A stretch of DNA of 64,000 bases from Dehalococcoidia bacterium. Its GTDB lineage: Bacteria > Chloroflexota > Dehalococcoidia > Tepidiformales > Tepidiformaceae. The stretch covers positions 16,583 through 80,582 of the forward strand of contig JAJDUR010000078.1 of the NCBI GenBank assembly GCA_022826585.1. The letters run 5' to 3'. Made by a program: the position numbers and the translations under genes. Positions 15,959 through 25,950 of the stretch are shown piece after piece. Under the pieces are notes generated by a model. The model saw only the letters and a program-made list of their open reading frames with translations. It was not told where the DNA came from and did no database searches. Positions within the stretch are counted from its first letter, which is position 1. Every line of letters starts with the position of its first letter.

Positions 15959-17686
15959 ATGGCGCACCAGCAGGCGAGGCGCACGAGCCGGGTCTGGCTT
16001 CCGGCGATCGTGTTCGCGATCTTCGCGGCCGTGGTCCTGGCGCGCCTCGTTCAGGTCCAGATCCTCGAACACGACCGCTACGCGGAGGAGGCTCGCAGCG
16101 AGCTCTTCGCCAGCGACACCGTGTTCGAGCGGCGCGGCGCCATTCTCGACCGCAACGGCTTCCTGCTGGCCATGAGCACGGATACGTGGGACCTGTACGT
16201 GGCCTCCCGCGTCTGGGACGACCCGGCAGTCGCCCGCGAGGCCTCGGAAGCGATCTCGAAGGCCACCGGGCACGACGCCACCTACCTGCGCACGGTCGTC
16301 CATGAGAGCGGATTGGTGGACGTGCTCGTGGCGCGCGACGTTCCTTACGACGCGGGGAAGGCGCTGCTCGAGGCGAACGTGCCGGGGTTGATCGGCCTGC
16401 CGAACACGGTGCGGGTCCACCCGGCGGGGAACCTGGCATCGTCGGTGATCGGCATCATCGGGGCGGAGAACACGGGGCTGACCGGCGTGGAGGCGTGGTA
16501 CGACGCGATCCTGCTCGGCATTCCGGGACGGGTGATCTTCGAGCGCGACACGACGGGATCGCCGATTCCCTACGGCGAGACGTTCACCACGGACGCCGTG
16601 CCCGGCCCCGACATCGTGCTCACCATCGACCGGCGGATGCAGGTGAGCGCCGAGCGGCTGCTGAAGCGGGCCATCGAGAAGCACGAGGCGACCCGGGGCT
16701 CGATCATCATCATGGACCCGCGGAACGGGGAGATCCTGGCGCTGGCCACCCACCCGAGGCTGGACTTCAGCTCGCTCGACCTGTCCAACCCGGAGCACGT
16801 GAAGCTCCTTCGCAACAGTGCCGTCTCAGACGTCTACGAGCCGGGTTCGGTGATGAAGGTCATCACGGCGGCGGCGGCCATCGACGCCGAGCTCATCACG
16901 CCGGAGACCACCTACGAGGACACGGGCATCGCGTTCGTGTACGGCACGCCCATCTTCAACTGGAACAACGGCGTCTACGGCGAACAGACGATGACGGGCG
17001 TGCTGCAGCAGAGCATCAACACGGGCGCCGTGTTCATGATGGAGAAGCTGGGAGTCGGGCTCTTCCACGAATACCTGGACGCCTTCGGGTTCGGCAAGAC
17101 GACGGGGATCGACCTGAGCGGGGAGGCGGCGGGCATCGTGCGCCGCCCGACCGACCGCGACTGGTCGCCTGTCGACGCGGCCGCACAGTCGTTCGGGCAG
17201 GCCATCAGCGTGACCCCCATCCAGGTGGTGACGGCCCTCGCCGCGGCAATCAACGGGGGGCAGCTCATCGAGCCCCGGTTGGTGAAGGCGACGATCACGC
17301 GCGACGGCACGCGGCACGAGATCCCCGCCAATGTGGTCGGGCAACCCATCTCGGCCGAGACGAGCGCGAGCATCCGGGAGATGCTGGGCTCGGTGGTCGA
17401 CCCGGGCTGGTACCACCCCGCGAAACCGCGCCTCTACACCGCCGGGGGGAAGTCGGGCACGGCGAATATTCCCATCGACGCGAGCTACGGCGACGCGCAG
17501 ATCGTCTCGTTCGCCGGGTTCGCACCGGTCGACGAGCCCCGCGTCCTGATCCTGATCAAGCTCGACGAGAACGCCGACCTGGCGACGGGGACGGAGGCGG
17601 CGGGGCCGGTCTTCGCCACGCTCGTGGACGAAGTCCTCGGCTACCTGGGCGTGGTGCCCGATGTCGAGCAGGTGGCGGCGAGGTGA
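15959..17686 (+). CDS. ftsI: penicillin-binding protein, peptidoglycan D,D-transpeptidase (FtsI/PBP2B-like)
   Basis: 575 aa with an N-terminal TM anchor, a dimerisation domain, and SxxK (SVMK), SxN (SIN) and K[ST]G (KSGT) motifs. Confidence 0.9.
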   Translation: MAHQQARRTSRVWLPAIVFAIFAAVVLARLVQVQILEHDRYAEEARSELFASDTVFERRGAILDRNGFLLAMSTDTWDLYVASRVWDDPAVAREASEAISKATGHDATYLRTVVHESGLVDVLVARDVPYDAGKALLEANVPGLIGLPNTVRVHPAGNLASSVIGIIGAENTGLTGVEAWYDAILLGIPGRVIFERDTTGSPIPYGETFTTDAVPGPDIVLTIDRRMQVSAERLLKRAIEKHEATRGSIIIMDPRNGEILALATHPRLDFSSLDLSNPEHVKLLRNSAVSDVYEPGSVMKVITAAAAIDAELITPETTYEDTGIAFVYGTPIFNWNNGVYGEQTMTGVLQQSINTGAVFMMEKLGVGLFHEYLDAFGFGKTTGIDLSGEAAGIVRRPTDRDWSPVDAAAQSFGQAISVTPIQVVTALAAAINGGQLIEPRLVKATITRDGTRHEIPANVVGQPISAETSASIREMLGSVVDPGWYHPAKPRLYTAGGKSGTANIPIDASYGDAQIVSFAGFAPVDEPRVLILIKLDENADLATGTEAAGPVFATLVDEVLGYLGVVPDVEQVAAR

Positions 17687-17691
17687 CGGGC

Positions 17692-19056
17692 ATGACGACA
17701 GCCTTCCTCGCCGAAAGCATGCGCGCCCATGGCTACCACGTCGCCGAGGGCGAGACCGCGCCCATCACGGGCGGGGCGGCGGACTCGCGGCTGACGCAGC
17801 CGGGCGAGCTGTTCGCCGCCTTCCGCGGCGAGCGGCTCGACGGCAACGACTACGTCGACGAGGCGCTCCAGCACGGCGCCCCGGCCGTGGTCTGCGAGCG
17901 CGCTCCGGCGGGCGACTGGCCCGATCGCACGGTCGCCGTCGTGGACGACACCCGCGCGGCCATGGCCGAGCTCGCGAGTGACTGGCTGCAACGCTGCGAC
18001 GTTCGCGTCGCGGGCATCACCGGCACCGTCGGGAAGACGACGGCCAAGGAGCTGACGGCCGCCGCGCTGGGGGCTCACTTCGTGACGCACCACAGCCCCG
18101 GGAACCTGAACTCGCGCGAAGGCCTGCCGCTGGCCCTCATGAGCCTGCAGGAAGACCACGAGGTTTCCGTGTTGGAGATGGCGATGGACAGTGAAGGCGA
18201 GATCGCCGAGCTGTGCGCCATCGCCGAGCCTTCCGTGGGAGCCGTGCTCAACATCGGGGCCACGCACCTGGAGAAGCTGGGCAGCATGGAAGCGATCGAG
18301 CGCGAGAAGCTCTCGCTGGCGCGCAGCCTCCCGAGCGACGGCACCGCCGTCCTGAACATGGACGACACGCGCATCGCGCCGGTGGTCGACGAGCTGTCGT
18401 GCGAGGTTATCGGGTTCGGCGCGAGCGAAGCGGCCGGCCTCCGGCGCGGCGAGGTTCGCGACCTCGGGCTGGAAGGCTCGGAGTTCGGCATCAAGTACGA
18501 GGGCGCGCAGGCGGACGTGCGGCTGCACGTCCCGGGCGCGCACCTCGCGGAGGGAGCGCTGGCGGCGGTCGGCATCCAGCTGGCGCTGGGCGTCGGCCTG
18601 GCAGAGGCGGCGGCGGCGGTCAGCGGCGCGGAGATCGACGGGCGCCTGCGCGTGCGGCCGGGCGCCGGCGGCGCGCGCATCCTCGACGACACGTACAACG
18701 CCAGCCCGGCCTCGGTCGCGGGAGCGCTGGAGCTGCTGCGGGGGCTGGGGGGGCGGCGCATCGCCCTGCTCGGCGAGATGGCCGAACTGGGCCAGCGCTC
18801 CGCGGAGGAGCACCGCCGCATCGGGGCCATCGCCGCAGGCTGCTGCGACGTGCTCGTGGCAGCGGGCGAGGCCTGCCGGGCGGTTGTGGAGGAAGCACGG
18901 GCCGCGGGGCTTGGCGAGAGCCACTGGTTCGCGACGAAGGACGAGGCGGCGGCGTTCGCCGCCGGCCTGCTGGGTGATGGCGACCACGTCCTCGTCAAGG
19001 CTTCGCGCGGGCAGGCGTTCGAAGAGCTGATTCCGATGCTGGAGGGACGGGCATGA
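17692..19056 (+). CDS. murF: UDP-N-acetylmuramoyl-tripeptide--D-alanyl-D-alanine ligase
   Basis: 454 aa counted from ATG 17692. Motifs GITGTVGKTT, GNLNSREGLPL, DDTYNASP and GEMAELG. Confidence 0.93.
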   Translation: MTTAFLAESMRAHGYHVAEGETAPITGGAADSRLTQPGELFAAFRGERLDGNDYVDEALQHGAPAVVCERAPAGDWPDRTVAVVDDTRAAMAELASDWLQRCDVRVAGITGTVGKTTAKELTAAALGAHFVTHHSPGNLNSREGLPLALMSLQEDHEVSVLEMAMDSEGEIAELCAIAEPSVGAVLNIGATHLEKLGSMEAIEREKLSLARSLPSDGTAVLNMDDTRIAPVVDELSCEVIGFGASEAAGLRRGEVRDLGLEGSEFGIKYEGAQADVRLHVPGAHLAEGALAAVGIQLALGVGLAEAAAAVSGAEIDGRLRVRPGAGGARILDDTYNASPASVAGALELLRGLGGRRIALLGEMAELGQRSAEEHRRIGAIAAGCCDVLVAAGEACRAVVEEARAAGLGESHWFATKDEAAAFAAGLLGDGDHVLVKASRGQAFEELIPMLEGRA

Positions 19057-20027
19057 TCCGCGCGCTCCTCGCCGGCGGTATCAGCTTCGCGGTCACGGTC
19101 GGACTGGGCTGGCCGATGGTCCAGTACCTGCGCGCACAGCGGGCGGGCAAGGCGATCAGCGAGGATCAGCCCGCCTCCCACCAGTCGAAGGCGGGAACGC
19201 CGACCTTCGGCGGCTTCATCATCTGGGTACCGACGCTGATCGTGACGGCGATCGCGATCGACTGGCTCGACCACCGCTCGATCCTGCTGCCGCTCGGGAT
19301 GATCGCCGCGACCGGCGCGATCGGATTCATCGACGACCTGGGGACGCTGCAGGAACGAGTCGGGTTCCGCGCCGGGCTGCCCTGGCGGGTCAAGATCACG
19401 CTGCTCACGCTGCTCGCCGCCGGCGCGGCCTGGGTGCTGTACGGCGAGCTCGACGTCGAGTCCGTGAACGTGCCCTGGGCGGGGAGCTACGCGCTCGGCC
19501 CGGCCTACATGGCCATCGCCGTCATCACGATCGTCGCGACGACGAGCGCGGTGGCGGTTACGGACGGGCTCGACACGCTGGCCGGCGGCACGACGCTCTT
19601 CGCCTTCATCGCCTACGGCGTGATCGCGTTCGTGCAGGGACAGGACTTCGTGGCGACGTTCGCCTTCATCATCGCGGGCGCCAACCTCGGGTTCCTCTGG
19701 TACAACGCCCACCCCGCGCGCGTGTTCATGGGCGACACGGGAGCGCTCGCGCTGGGATCGAGCCTCGCGATCGTGGCGCTCATGACGGGGCACTGGCTGC
19801 TGCTGCCGCTGGTCGGGCTCGTGTTCGTGGCCAATGCCGTCAGCAACGTCATCCAGATCGGTTACTACCGCCTCAGCGGCGGCAAGCGGATCTTCCGGCG
19901 GGCGCCGCTCCACCACCACTTCGAGGAGCTTGGCTGGCCCGAGACGCAGATCGTGACCCGCTTCTGGGTCGTCGGCATCGTCGCCGCGATGGTCGGCGTG
20001 GCGCTCGCACTGGCGGTTCCGGAGTGA
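19053..20027 (+). CDS. mraY: phospho-N-acetylmuramoyl-pentapeptide transferase
   Basis: 324-aa polytopic membrane protein. Motifs KAGTPTFGG, IDDLG, MGDTGALALG and HHHFE. ATGA overlap with murF. Confidence 0.97.
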   Translation: MIRALLAGGISFAVTVGLGWPMVQYLRAQRAGKAISEDQPASHQSKAGTPTFGGFIIWVPTLIVTAIAIDWLDHRSILLPLGMIAATGAIGFIDDLGTLQERVGFRAGLPWRVKITLLTLLAAGAAWVLYGELDVESVNVPWAGSYALGPAYMAIAVITIVATTSAVAVTDGLDTLAGGTTLFAFIAYGVIAFVQGQDFVATFAFIIAGANLGFLWYNAHPARVFMGDTGALALGSSLAIVALMTGHWLLLPLVGLVFVANAVSNVIQIGYYRLSGGKRIFRRAPLHHHFEELGWPETQIVTRFWVVGIVAAMVGVALALAVPE

Positions 20028-21427
20028 TGATGATGATGGAACGCCGAACCACCGCCGAACTTCCGGAGATCGCGGGTGCGCGCGCCCTCGTCTACTCGCT
20101 CGGGATCGAAGGGCGCGACCTCGCACGCTGGCTGATCGCGCGGGGCGCCTCCGTGACGATGGCCGACAGCCGCAGCGAGGAGCAGCTCGACGCGGCGGGC
20201 GCGGCTCCGCCCGAGGGCGTCGAGCGCACGGTCCGGGGCGAGTTGCTCGATCCGGAAGGGTTCGACCTGCTGGCGGTGTCACAGTCGGTGCTGCGAAGCC
20301 ATCCGAACGTCATCCGGGCGCGCGACCTAGGCATCCCCGTGGTCTCGCAGATGGCGCTCGCCCTGCGGCTCTGCCGCGGGCACGTCGTGGGCGTCACGGG
20401 ATCGAGCGGGAAGTCGACGACGACAGCGCTGGTGGGGGCGATGGCGGAGCGCGCGGGCATCGACCACCTCGTCGGGGGGAACCTGGGCGGTTCGCTGCTC
20501 GACCGCATCGAAGGCGTGCCGGAGACGGCCAGCGTCATCCTCGAGATGAGCCACACGCAGTTGCAGTACACGGACCGGTCGCCGGCGATCGCGGCGGTCA
20601 CGAACGTCACGCCGAATCACCTCGACCAGTTCAGCTGGCCCGACTACGTCGACCTGAAGCGCAGCATCCTGCGCTACCAGGACGCCGACGGCCTCGCGAT
20701 CCTGAACGCGGACGACGACACCAGCCGCGAGCTGCGCGCGGACGTTCGCGGGCGGCTCGCGGAGGTCTCGCTCGCGGGGCCGGTCGCCGGTGACGGCGCG
20801 TGGCTGGAGGGCGACGCGATCGTGTCGCGTAGCGGAAGCGCCACGGAGCGCGTCGCGACGACCTCGGACCTGCGCATGCGCGGACGCCACAACGTCGCGA
20901 ACGCCGTGCTCGCGGTGGCGACCGCGGAAGCCATGGGGCTTCCGCGGGAGGCCATCACGGACACGCTGGGTCGCTTCCCGGGGCTGCCCCACCGCCTGCA
21001 AGTGGTGGGGCGCGCACACGGGGCCGTGTGGATCAACGACAGCATCGCGACCTCGCCGGAGCGCACGATGGCGGCGCTGGAGGCCATGACGGAGCCCGCC
21101 ATCCTGCTGCTGGGCGGGCGCGAGAAAGACCTGCCCCTCGACGGGCTGCGCGAGGCCGCCGGCGACCGTTGCCGGGCGGCGGTCTGCTTCGGCGAAGCTG
21201 CGCCGCCGTTCGGGGAGGCGATGGCGGGCGCGGTCGAGACGGTCGTGCGGGTGGAGACGCTGGACGAGGCGGTCGCCGCGGCGGCCACCATCGCCCGCGA
21301 GGGTGACGTGGTGCTGCTCTCGCCGGCCGGTACGAGTTTCGACGCTTACCCGCGCTTCGAGGCGCGGGGGGAAGCGTTCGCGGCGCTGGTGTCGGCGTTG
21401 GAGGGATTCGAGGGGGTGTCGCCATAG
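20024..21427 (+). CDS. murD: UDP-N-acetylmuramoylalanine--D-glutamate ligase
   Basis: 467 aa with motifs GVTGSSGKSTT and NDSIATSP. The start lies within a GTG(ATG)4 run that overlaps the mraY stop. Confidence 0.95.
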   Translation: MMMMMERRTTAELPEIAGARALVYSLGIEGRDLARWLIARGASVTMADSRSEEQLDAAGAAPPEGVERTVRGELLDPEGFDLLAVSQSVLRSHPNVIRARDLGIPVVSQMALALRLCRGHVVGVTGSSGKSTTTALVGAMAERAGIDHLVGGNLGGSLLDRIEGVPETASVILEMSHTQLQYTDRSPAIAAVTNVTPNHLDQFSWPDYVDLKRSILRYQDADGLAILNADDDTSRELRADVRGRLAEVSLAGPVAGDGAWLEGDAIVSRSGSATERVATTSDLRMRGRHNVANAVLAVATAEAMGLPREAITDTLGRFPGLPHRLQVVGRAHGAVWINDSIATSPERTMAALEAMTEPAILLLGGREKDLPLDGLREAAGDRCRAAVCFGEAAPPFGEAMAGAVETVVRVETLDEAVAAAATIAREGDVVLLSPAGTSFDAYPRFEARGEAFAALVSALEGFEGVSP

Positions 21428-21453
21428 CCGTCAGCCCGAACCGCCGCTGGTCC

Positions 21454-22599
21454 GTGCGGGGCCCCGACTACACGCTGCTGACGCTGATCGCGGTACTGAC
21501 GATCACGGGGCTGGTGGCGGTGTACAGCGCGAGCTTCGTGATCGGCCTCGCGCAGTTCTCCGACTCCAGCCACTTCATCATCCGGCAGACGATGTGGGCC
21601 GTGCTGGGCGGCGCCCTGCTGGTGGCGGCGATGCGGTTCGACTACCACATCCTCAGGCGGCTGGCCGTGCCGCTGATGGCGCTCACGCTGATGCTCCTGC
21701 TCTTCACCCTCATCGTAGGGACGGAAGCGGGCGGCGCGCAGCGCTGGCTAACGTTCGGCGGCTTCAGCCTGCAGCCCGCGGAGTTCACCAAGCTCAGCGT
21801 GATCATCTACCTGGCGGCGTGGCTCAACTCGCGGGGCGACACCCTGCGCAGCTTCGAGCACGGCCTGCTGCCCTTCATCGTCATCATCAGCGCGATCGGG
21901 CTGCTGCTCATGCTCCAGCCCGACCTGGGCACGACGGGGATCATCCTCGCCATCACGGTCACGATGTTCTGGGCGGCGGGGGCGACCTTCCTGCAGATGA
22001 GCGCCCTGCTGCTCTCGGGGGGCATCGCCGTGGTCGGGCTGGCGCTCATCGAGGGGTACCGGCTCGACCGCTTCTCCGCGTTCCTCAGCGCCGAGTCCGA
22101 CCCGCTGGGGAGCGGCTTCCAGACGCTGCAATCACTGATCGCCCTCGGCAACGGCGGCGCCACCGGGCTCGGCCTGGGCGCGAGCCGGGGAAAGTTCTTC
22201 TACGTGCCCGAGAGCCACACCGACGGCATCTTCGCCATCCTGGGGGAGGAGCTGGGGCTGGTGGCGACGGCGGCGGTGGTCATCCTGTTCGTCACGCTGA
22301 TGCTGCGGGGCTACCAGATCGCGCGGCGCGCCCCCGACCAGTTCGGGTTCCTGCTGGCGACCGGCATCACGACGTGGATCGCGACGCAGGCCTTCGTGAA
22401 CATCGGCGGCATCACGCGGGTGATCCCGCTGACGGGCGTGCCCCTGCCCTTCCTCAGCTACGGCGGAAGCGCACTCGCGGCCATCCTCCTGGGCGTTGGC
22501 GTGCTGGCGAGCATCTCCCGCTTCACGGGGGAGCGCGAGGCGGCACGGGAGCGGACCAATCCGGGCCGGCGGCCCTCCGAAGGGAGGGACGAGTCGTGA
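21454..22599 (+). CDS. ftsW: SEDS-family peptidoglycan glycosyltransferase FtsW
   Basis: 381 aa with about 10 TM segments. Motifs QPAEFTKL, PESHTDGIFA and PLPFLSYGGS. Confidence 0.93.
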   Translation: MRGPDYTLLTLIAVLTITGLVAVYSASFVIGLAQFSDSSHFIIRQTMWAVLGGALLVAAMRFDYHILRRLAVPLMALTLMLLLFTLIVGTEAGGAQRWLTFGGFSLQPAEFTKLSVIIYLAAWLNSRGDTLRSFEHGLLPFIVIISAIGLLLMLQPDLGTTGIILAITVTMFWAAGATFLQMSALLLSGGIAVVGLALIEGYRLDRFSAFLSAESDPLGSGFQTLQSLIALGNGGATGLGLGASRGKFFYVPESHTDGIFAILGEELGLVATAAVVILFVTLMLRGYQIARRAPDQFGFLLATGITTWIATQAFVNIGGITRVIPLTGVPLPFLSYGGSALAAILLGVGVLASISRFTGEREAARERTNPGRRPSEGRDES

Positions 22600-23681
22600 G
22601 GATCGCACTGGCGGCAGGCGGAACGGCGGGCCATATCTTTCCCGCGCTGGCGACGCTCGGGGCGCTGCGCGCGACGGGCGAGCCGGTCGAGGCGCGCTTC
22701 TTCGGCCCGGACAACCGGGGCGAACGCGACCTCGTGCAGGGGCACGACGTGCCCTTCGAGGCGGTGCCCGCGGCGCCCCTGCGAGGGCGCTCGCCGGTGG
22801 CGCTGGCGCGCGGGCTCGCGCGCACGGCGCTGGGCGTCGCGACGGCGCTGCGAGGGCTGCGCCGCTTCCGCCCAAACGTGATGCTGAGCACCGGGGGCTA
22901 CGGGAGCTTCCCGCCGAGCGTGGCGGCGCGCATCCTGCGGCTCCCGCTGGTCGTGTTCCTGCCGGATGTGGAGCCTGGCCTGGCCGTGAAGGCCGAGAGC
23001 CGGCTGGCGACACTCATCGCGGCAGCCACGGAGGCGGCCCTTCCGCAGCTGCCGGCGGAGAAGACCGTCGTGAGCGGCTACCCGGTGCGGGACGCCTTCG
23101 GCACGTCCCGCGAGAGCGCCCGCACCGCGCTCGGCTGGGGCGCGGACGAGCGCGTGCTGCTCGTGGCCGGAGCGACACAGGGGGCGCAGGCGATCAATCG
23201 AGCGGTGTGGCAAGCGCTGGCGCAGCTCTGTGAGCGCGCGCGCGTCGTCCACATCACGGGGCCGGCCGCCTCTGGCGAGGCCGAGGCGGAGCGCTCGGCG
23301 CTCCCCGACTCGCTCCGGGGGCGCTACGAGCCCGCTCCCTTCCGCGAGGACCTGCCGGCGCTGATGGTCGCCGCCGACCTGGCGGTGATGCGCGCGGGCG
23401 CGAGCACGCTAGGCGAGCTGCCGGCGGCGGGGCTCCCGGCGATCCTCGTGCCGGGCACCTTCGCGGGCGGGCACCAGCGCGAGAACGCGCGCTGGCTGGC
23501 CGAACGCGGGGCGGCGGTGGTGCTGGAAGAAGCGGACATCGCGACGCTCAAGGGACACATCCTCGACCTGCTGAACGACGACGAGCGGCGAGACGCGATG
23601 GCGGAGGCGGCTGGAGCCGCCGGTCACGCCGACGGAGCGGAGCGGTTGGCCACGATCCTGAGGGAGGTGGCGGCGCGATGA
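22596..23681 (+). CDS. murG: undecaprenyldiphospho-muramoylpentapeptide beta-N-acetylglucosaminyltransferase
   Basis: 361 aa counted from GTG 22596 (VRIALAAGGTAGHIFPALA). C-terminal GASTLGEL motif. GTGA overlap with ftsW. Confidence 0.95.
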   Translation: MRIALAAGGTAGHIFPALATLGALRATGEPVEARFFGPDNRGERDLVQGHDVPFEAVPAAPLRGRSPVALARGLARTALGVATALRGLRRFRPNVMLSTGGYGSFPPSVAARILRLPLVVFLPDVEPGLAVKAESRLATLIAAATEAALPQLPAEKTVVSGYPVRDAFGTSRESARTALGWGADERVLLVAGATQGAQAINRAVWQALAQLCERARVVHITGPAASGEAEAERSALPDSLRGRYEPAPFREDLPALMVAADLAVMRAGASTLGELPAAGLPAILVPGTFAGGHQRENARWLAERGAAVVLEEADIATLKGHILDLLNDDERRDAMAEAAGAAGHADGAERLATILREVAAR

Positions 23682-25045
23682 CGGAGCTCCGGGGCCCGGT
23701 CCACATCGTGGGAATCGGCGGAATGCACATGTCGGCCATCGCGCAGCTCCTGCATGAGCGCGGCGAGCGCGTGCAGGGCAGCGACCTCGAGCCTTCGGCG
23801 CTGACGCGGAACCTGGAGGCGATGGGCGTTCGGGTCTTCACGGAGCACGCGGCGGAGAACCTCGGCGATGCCCGTTGCGTCGCCGCCACCGCTGCGGTGG
23901 GCGAGGACAACCCGGAGATGTCCGAGGCGCGCCGGCGCGGGCTGCCCGTGCTGGGGCGGGCCGAGGTCGTCGCGGGGCTGATGGAGGGCAAGCGCGTCAT
24001 CGCCGTTGCCGGTTCGCACGGCAAGACGACCACCACGAGCCTGATCGCCTTCATCCTGGACCGCGCCGGCCGGCAGCCGATGTACCTCATCGGCGGGGAG
24101 AGCCGCGACCTCGGGGGGAACGCCTCGTGGGGCGGGGGCGATGTGTGCGTGGTGGAGGCGGACGAATACCAGCGCGCCTTCCACGCCTACGAGCCCGACG
24201 TTGCCGTCATCACCAACATCGACGCCGACCACCTCGACCTGTACGGCACGCCCGAGGCCTACGAGGAGGCATTCCTGACGTTCGCGCAGCGACTGCGCGA
24301 GGGCGGGCGGCTGCTGGTCGGGGGCGGGAACGCAGGGGCGCGGCGGGTCGCGGAGGCGGCCGCGGGCGCGTTCGGCGTCGAAACCTACGGCCTGGCCGAC
24401 GGCTGCGAGTGGCAAGCCACCGACCTCACCCTCGCCGAAACGGGCGCGTCCTTCGGCGTGACGCACAACGGCGAGTCCGTGGGCGACCTGACGATCGCGC
24501 TACCCGGGGAGTACGCGGTCGAGAACACGCTGGCGGCGGCGGCGGTGTGCCTCGGGGAGGGGGCGCCGTTCGCCACCGTCCGCGAGGCGGCGGCCTGCTT
24601 CCAGGGCGCGAAGCGACGCTTCGAGCACGTCGGCGAGGCGGGCGGCGTGCTCGTCATCGACGAGTACGCCCACCACCCGAGCGAAGTGCGGGCGGTGCTG
24701 GGGGCGGCGCGAACGCGGTTCCCCGGGAGGCGGCTGATCGGCATCCACCAGCCACACACCTACAGCCGCATCGCCTACCTGTGGGAGGACTGGCTGGGGT
24801 GCTGGGGCGGGCTCGACGAGCTGGTGATCCTGGAGACGTACGCCGCGCGCGAGGCGCCAACCGAGGGGCGTGGGGCGGCAGACCTCGCGCGGGAGATCGC
24901 GCGGCCGTCGGCCTCGTACGCGGCCGGATTCGGGGAGGCGGTGGAGCAAGCGGTCGCGCTGGCCCGACCGGGCGATGTGGTGATGACGATCGGCGCCGGG
25001 AGCGTGACCGAGGTGGGACCGCTGCTGCTGGAGGCGTTGTCATGA
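23678..25045 (+). CDS. murC: UDP-N-acetylmuramate--L-alanine ligase
   Basis: 455 aa with motifs GIGGMHMSAIA, AGSHGKTTTTS and DEYAHHP. Confidence 0.95.
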   Translation: MTELRGPVHIVGIGGMHMSAIAQLLHERGERVQGSDLEPSALTRNLEAMGVRVFTEHAAENLGDARCVAATAAVGEDNPEMSEARRRGLPVLGRAEVVAGLMEGKRVIAVAGSHGKTTTTSLIAFILDRAGRQPMYLIGGESRDLGGNASWGGGDVCVVEADEYQRAFHAYEPDVAVITNIDADHLDLYGTPEAYEEAFLTFAQRLREGGRLLVGGGNAGARRVAEAAAGAFGVETYGLADGCEWQATDLTLAETGASFGVTHNGESVGDLTIALPGEYAVENTLAAAAVCLGEGAPFATVREAAACFQGAKRRFEHVGEAGGVLVIDEYAHHPSEVRAVLGAARTRFPGRRLIGIHQPHTYSRIAYLWEDWLGCWGGLDELVILETYAAREAPTEGRGAADLAREIARPSASYAAGFGEAVEQAVALARPGDVVMTIGAGSVTEVGPLLLEALS

Positions 25046-25950
25046 CGGCGCTCGATCGGCTGGCGGCGAGGCTGGAAGCGGTAGGCGACGTGCGCCGGGA
25101 CGAGGCCATGTCGCGCCACACGACCTTCGGGGTCGGCGGGCCCGCGGACATCTACGTGACGGTTCGCAGCGCCGACGCACTGGCACAGGCGGCCCGCCTC
25201 GCAACCGAAGCCGACGCAGGGCCGTTCGTGCTCGGCAGCGGCAGCAACATCGTGGTCGCGGACGGGGGCATCCGGGGCGTCGTGATCGACAACCGCGCCC
25301 GCAACGAGGAGCACGAGGAACACCGCGTGCGGATCGAGAGCGGGGCGAGCTTCGCGGGCTTCGCGCGGAAGATGTGCCGCGCGGGCGTGGCGGGGCTGGC
25401 CTGGGCCGTCGGCATCCCGGGGACGCTGGGCGGGGCGGTGGTCTACAACGCGGGCGCGTACGGCGGCTGCCTGGCCGACGTGCTCACGCGGGTGCGGCTG
25501 CTCGACGCGGCGGAAGGCGACGCCTGGTGGACCGCCTCGGACCTGAACCTGACGTACCGGGGCAGCGCCTTCACGCGCGGCACCCTGGCGGGGCGCACGG
25601 TCCTCGAGGCGGAGCTGGAGCTGGGAGCGGGCGACGCAGACGCCCTGATCGCCGAAGCGGGCGGGTACGACCGGCGCCGGCTGACGGCGCAACCGCGCGG
25701 CCGCAACGCGGGGTCGATGTTCACGAACCCGCCGGAGAGCCCGGCGTGGAAGCTGATCGACTCGGTGGGGCTGCGGGGCGAGCGGCGGGGCGACGCCGCC
25801 ATCAGCGACCAGCACACCAACTTCTTCGTGAACCTCGGGCAGGCGCGGGCGAGCGACGTGCTCTGGCTGGTGGAGGAAGCGGAACGGCGCGTGCTCGGGA
25901 CGCACGGCATCCAGCTCCGGCGGGAAGTCGGCTTCGTGGGGGCGTGGTGA
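25042..25950 (+). CDS. murB: UDP-N-acetylenolpyruvoylglucosamine reductase
   Basis: 302 aa counted from ATG 25042. Motifs TTFGVGGPAD, GSGSNI and AGSMFTNP. ATGA overlap with murC. Confidence 0.95.
   Translation: MTALDRLAARLEAVGDVRRDEAMSRHTTFGVGGPADIYVTVRSADALAQAARLATEADAGPFVLGSGSNIVVADGGIRGVVIDNRARNEEHEEHRVRIESGASFAGFARKMCRAGVAGLAWAVGIPGTLGGAVVYNAGAYGGCLADVLTRVRLLDAAEGDAWWTASDLNLTYRGSAFTRGTLAGRTVLEAELELGAGDADALIAEAGGYDRRRLTAQPRGRNAGSMFTNPPESPAWKLIDSVGLRGERRGDAAISDQHTNFFVNLGQARASDVLWLVEEAERRVLGTHGIQLRREVGFVGAW

Noticed and set aside
18075-20282. 735-aa minus-strand ORF across murF, mraY and murD
   Set aside because: It is antisense to three conserved dcw genes and has no recognisable domain.
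21303-23681. 792-aa ORF suggesting a large fusion protein ending in MurG (similar long ORFs at 16495-19056, 23875-25950, 25374-27002, 35738-37582, 31353-32819 and 60194-61354)
   Set aside because: Only the C-terminal parts carry real motifs. The N-terminal extensions are out-of-frame read-through over the preceding gene. Real starts were placed at overlap-type ATG/GTG codons.
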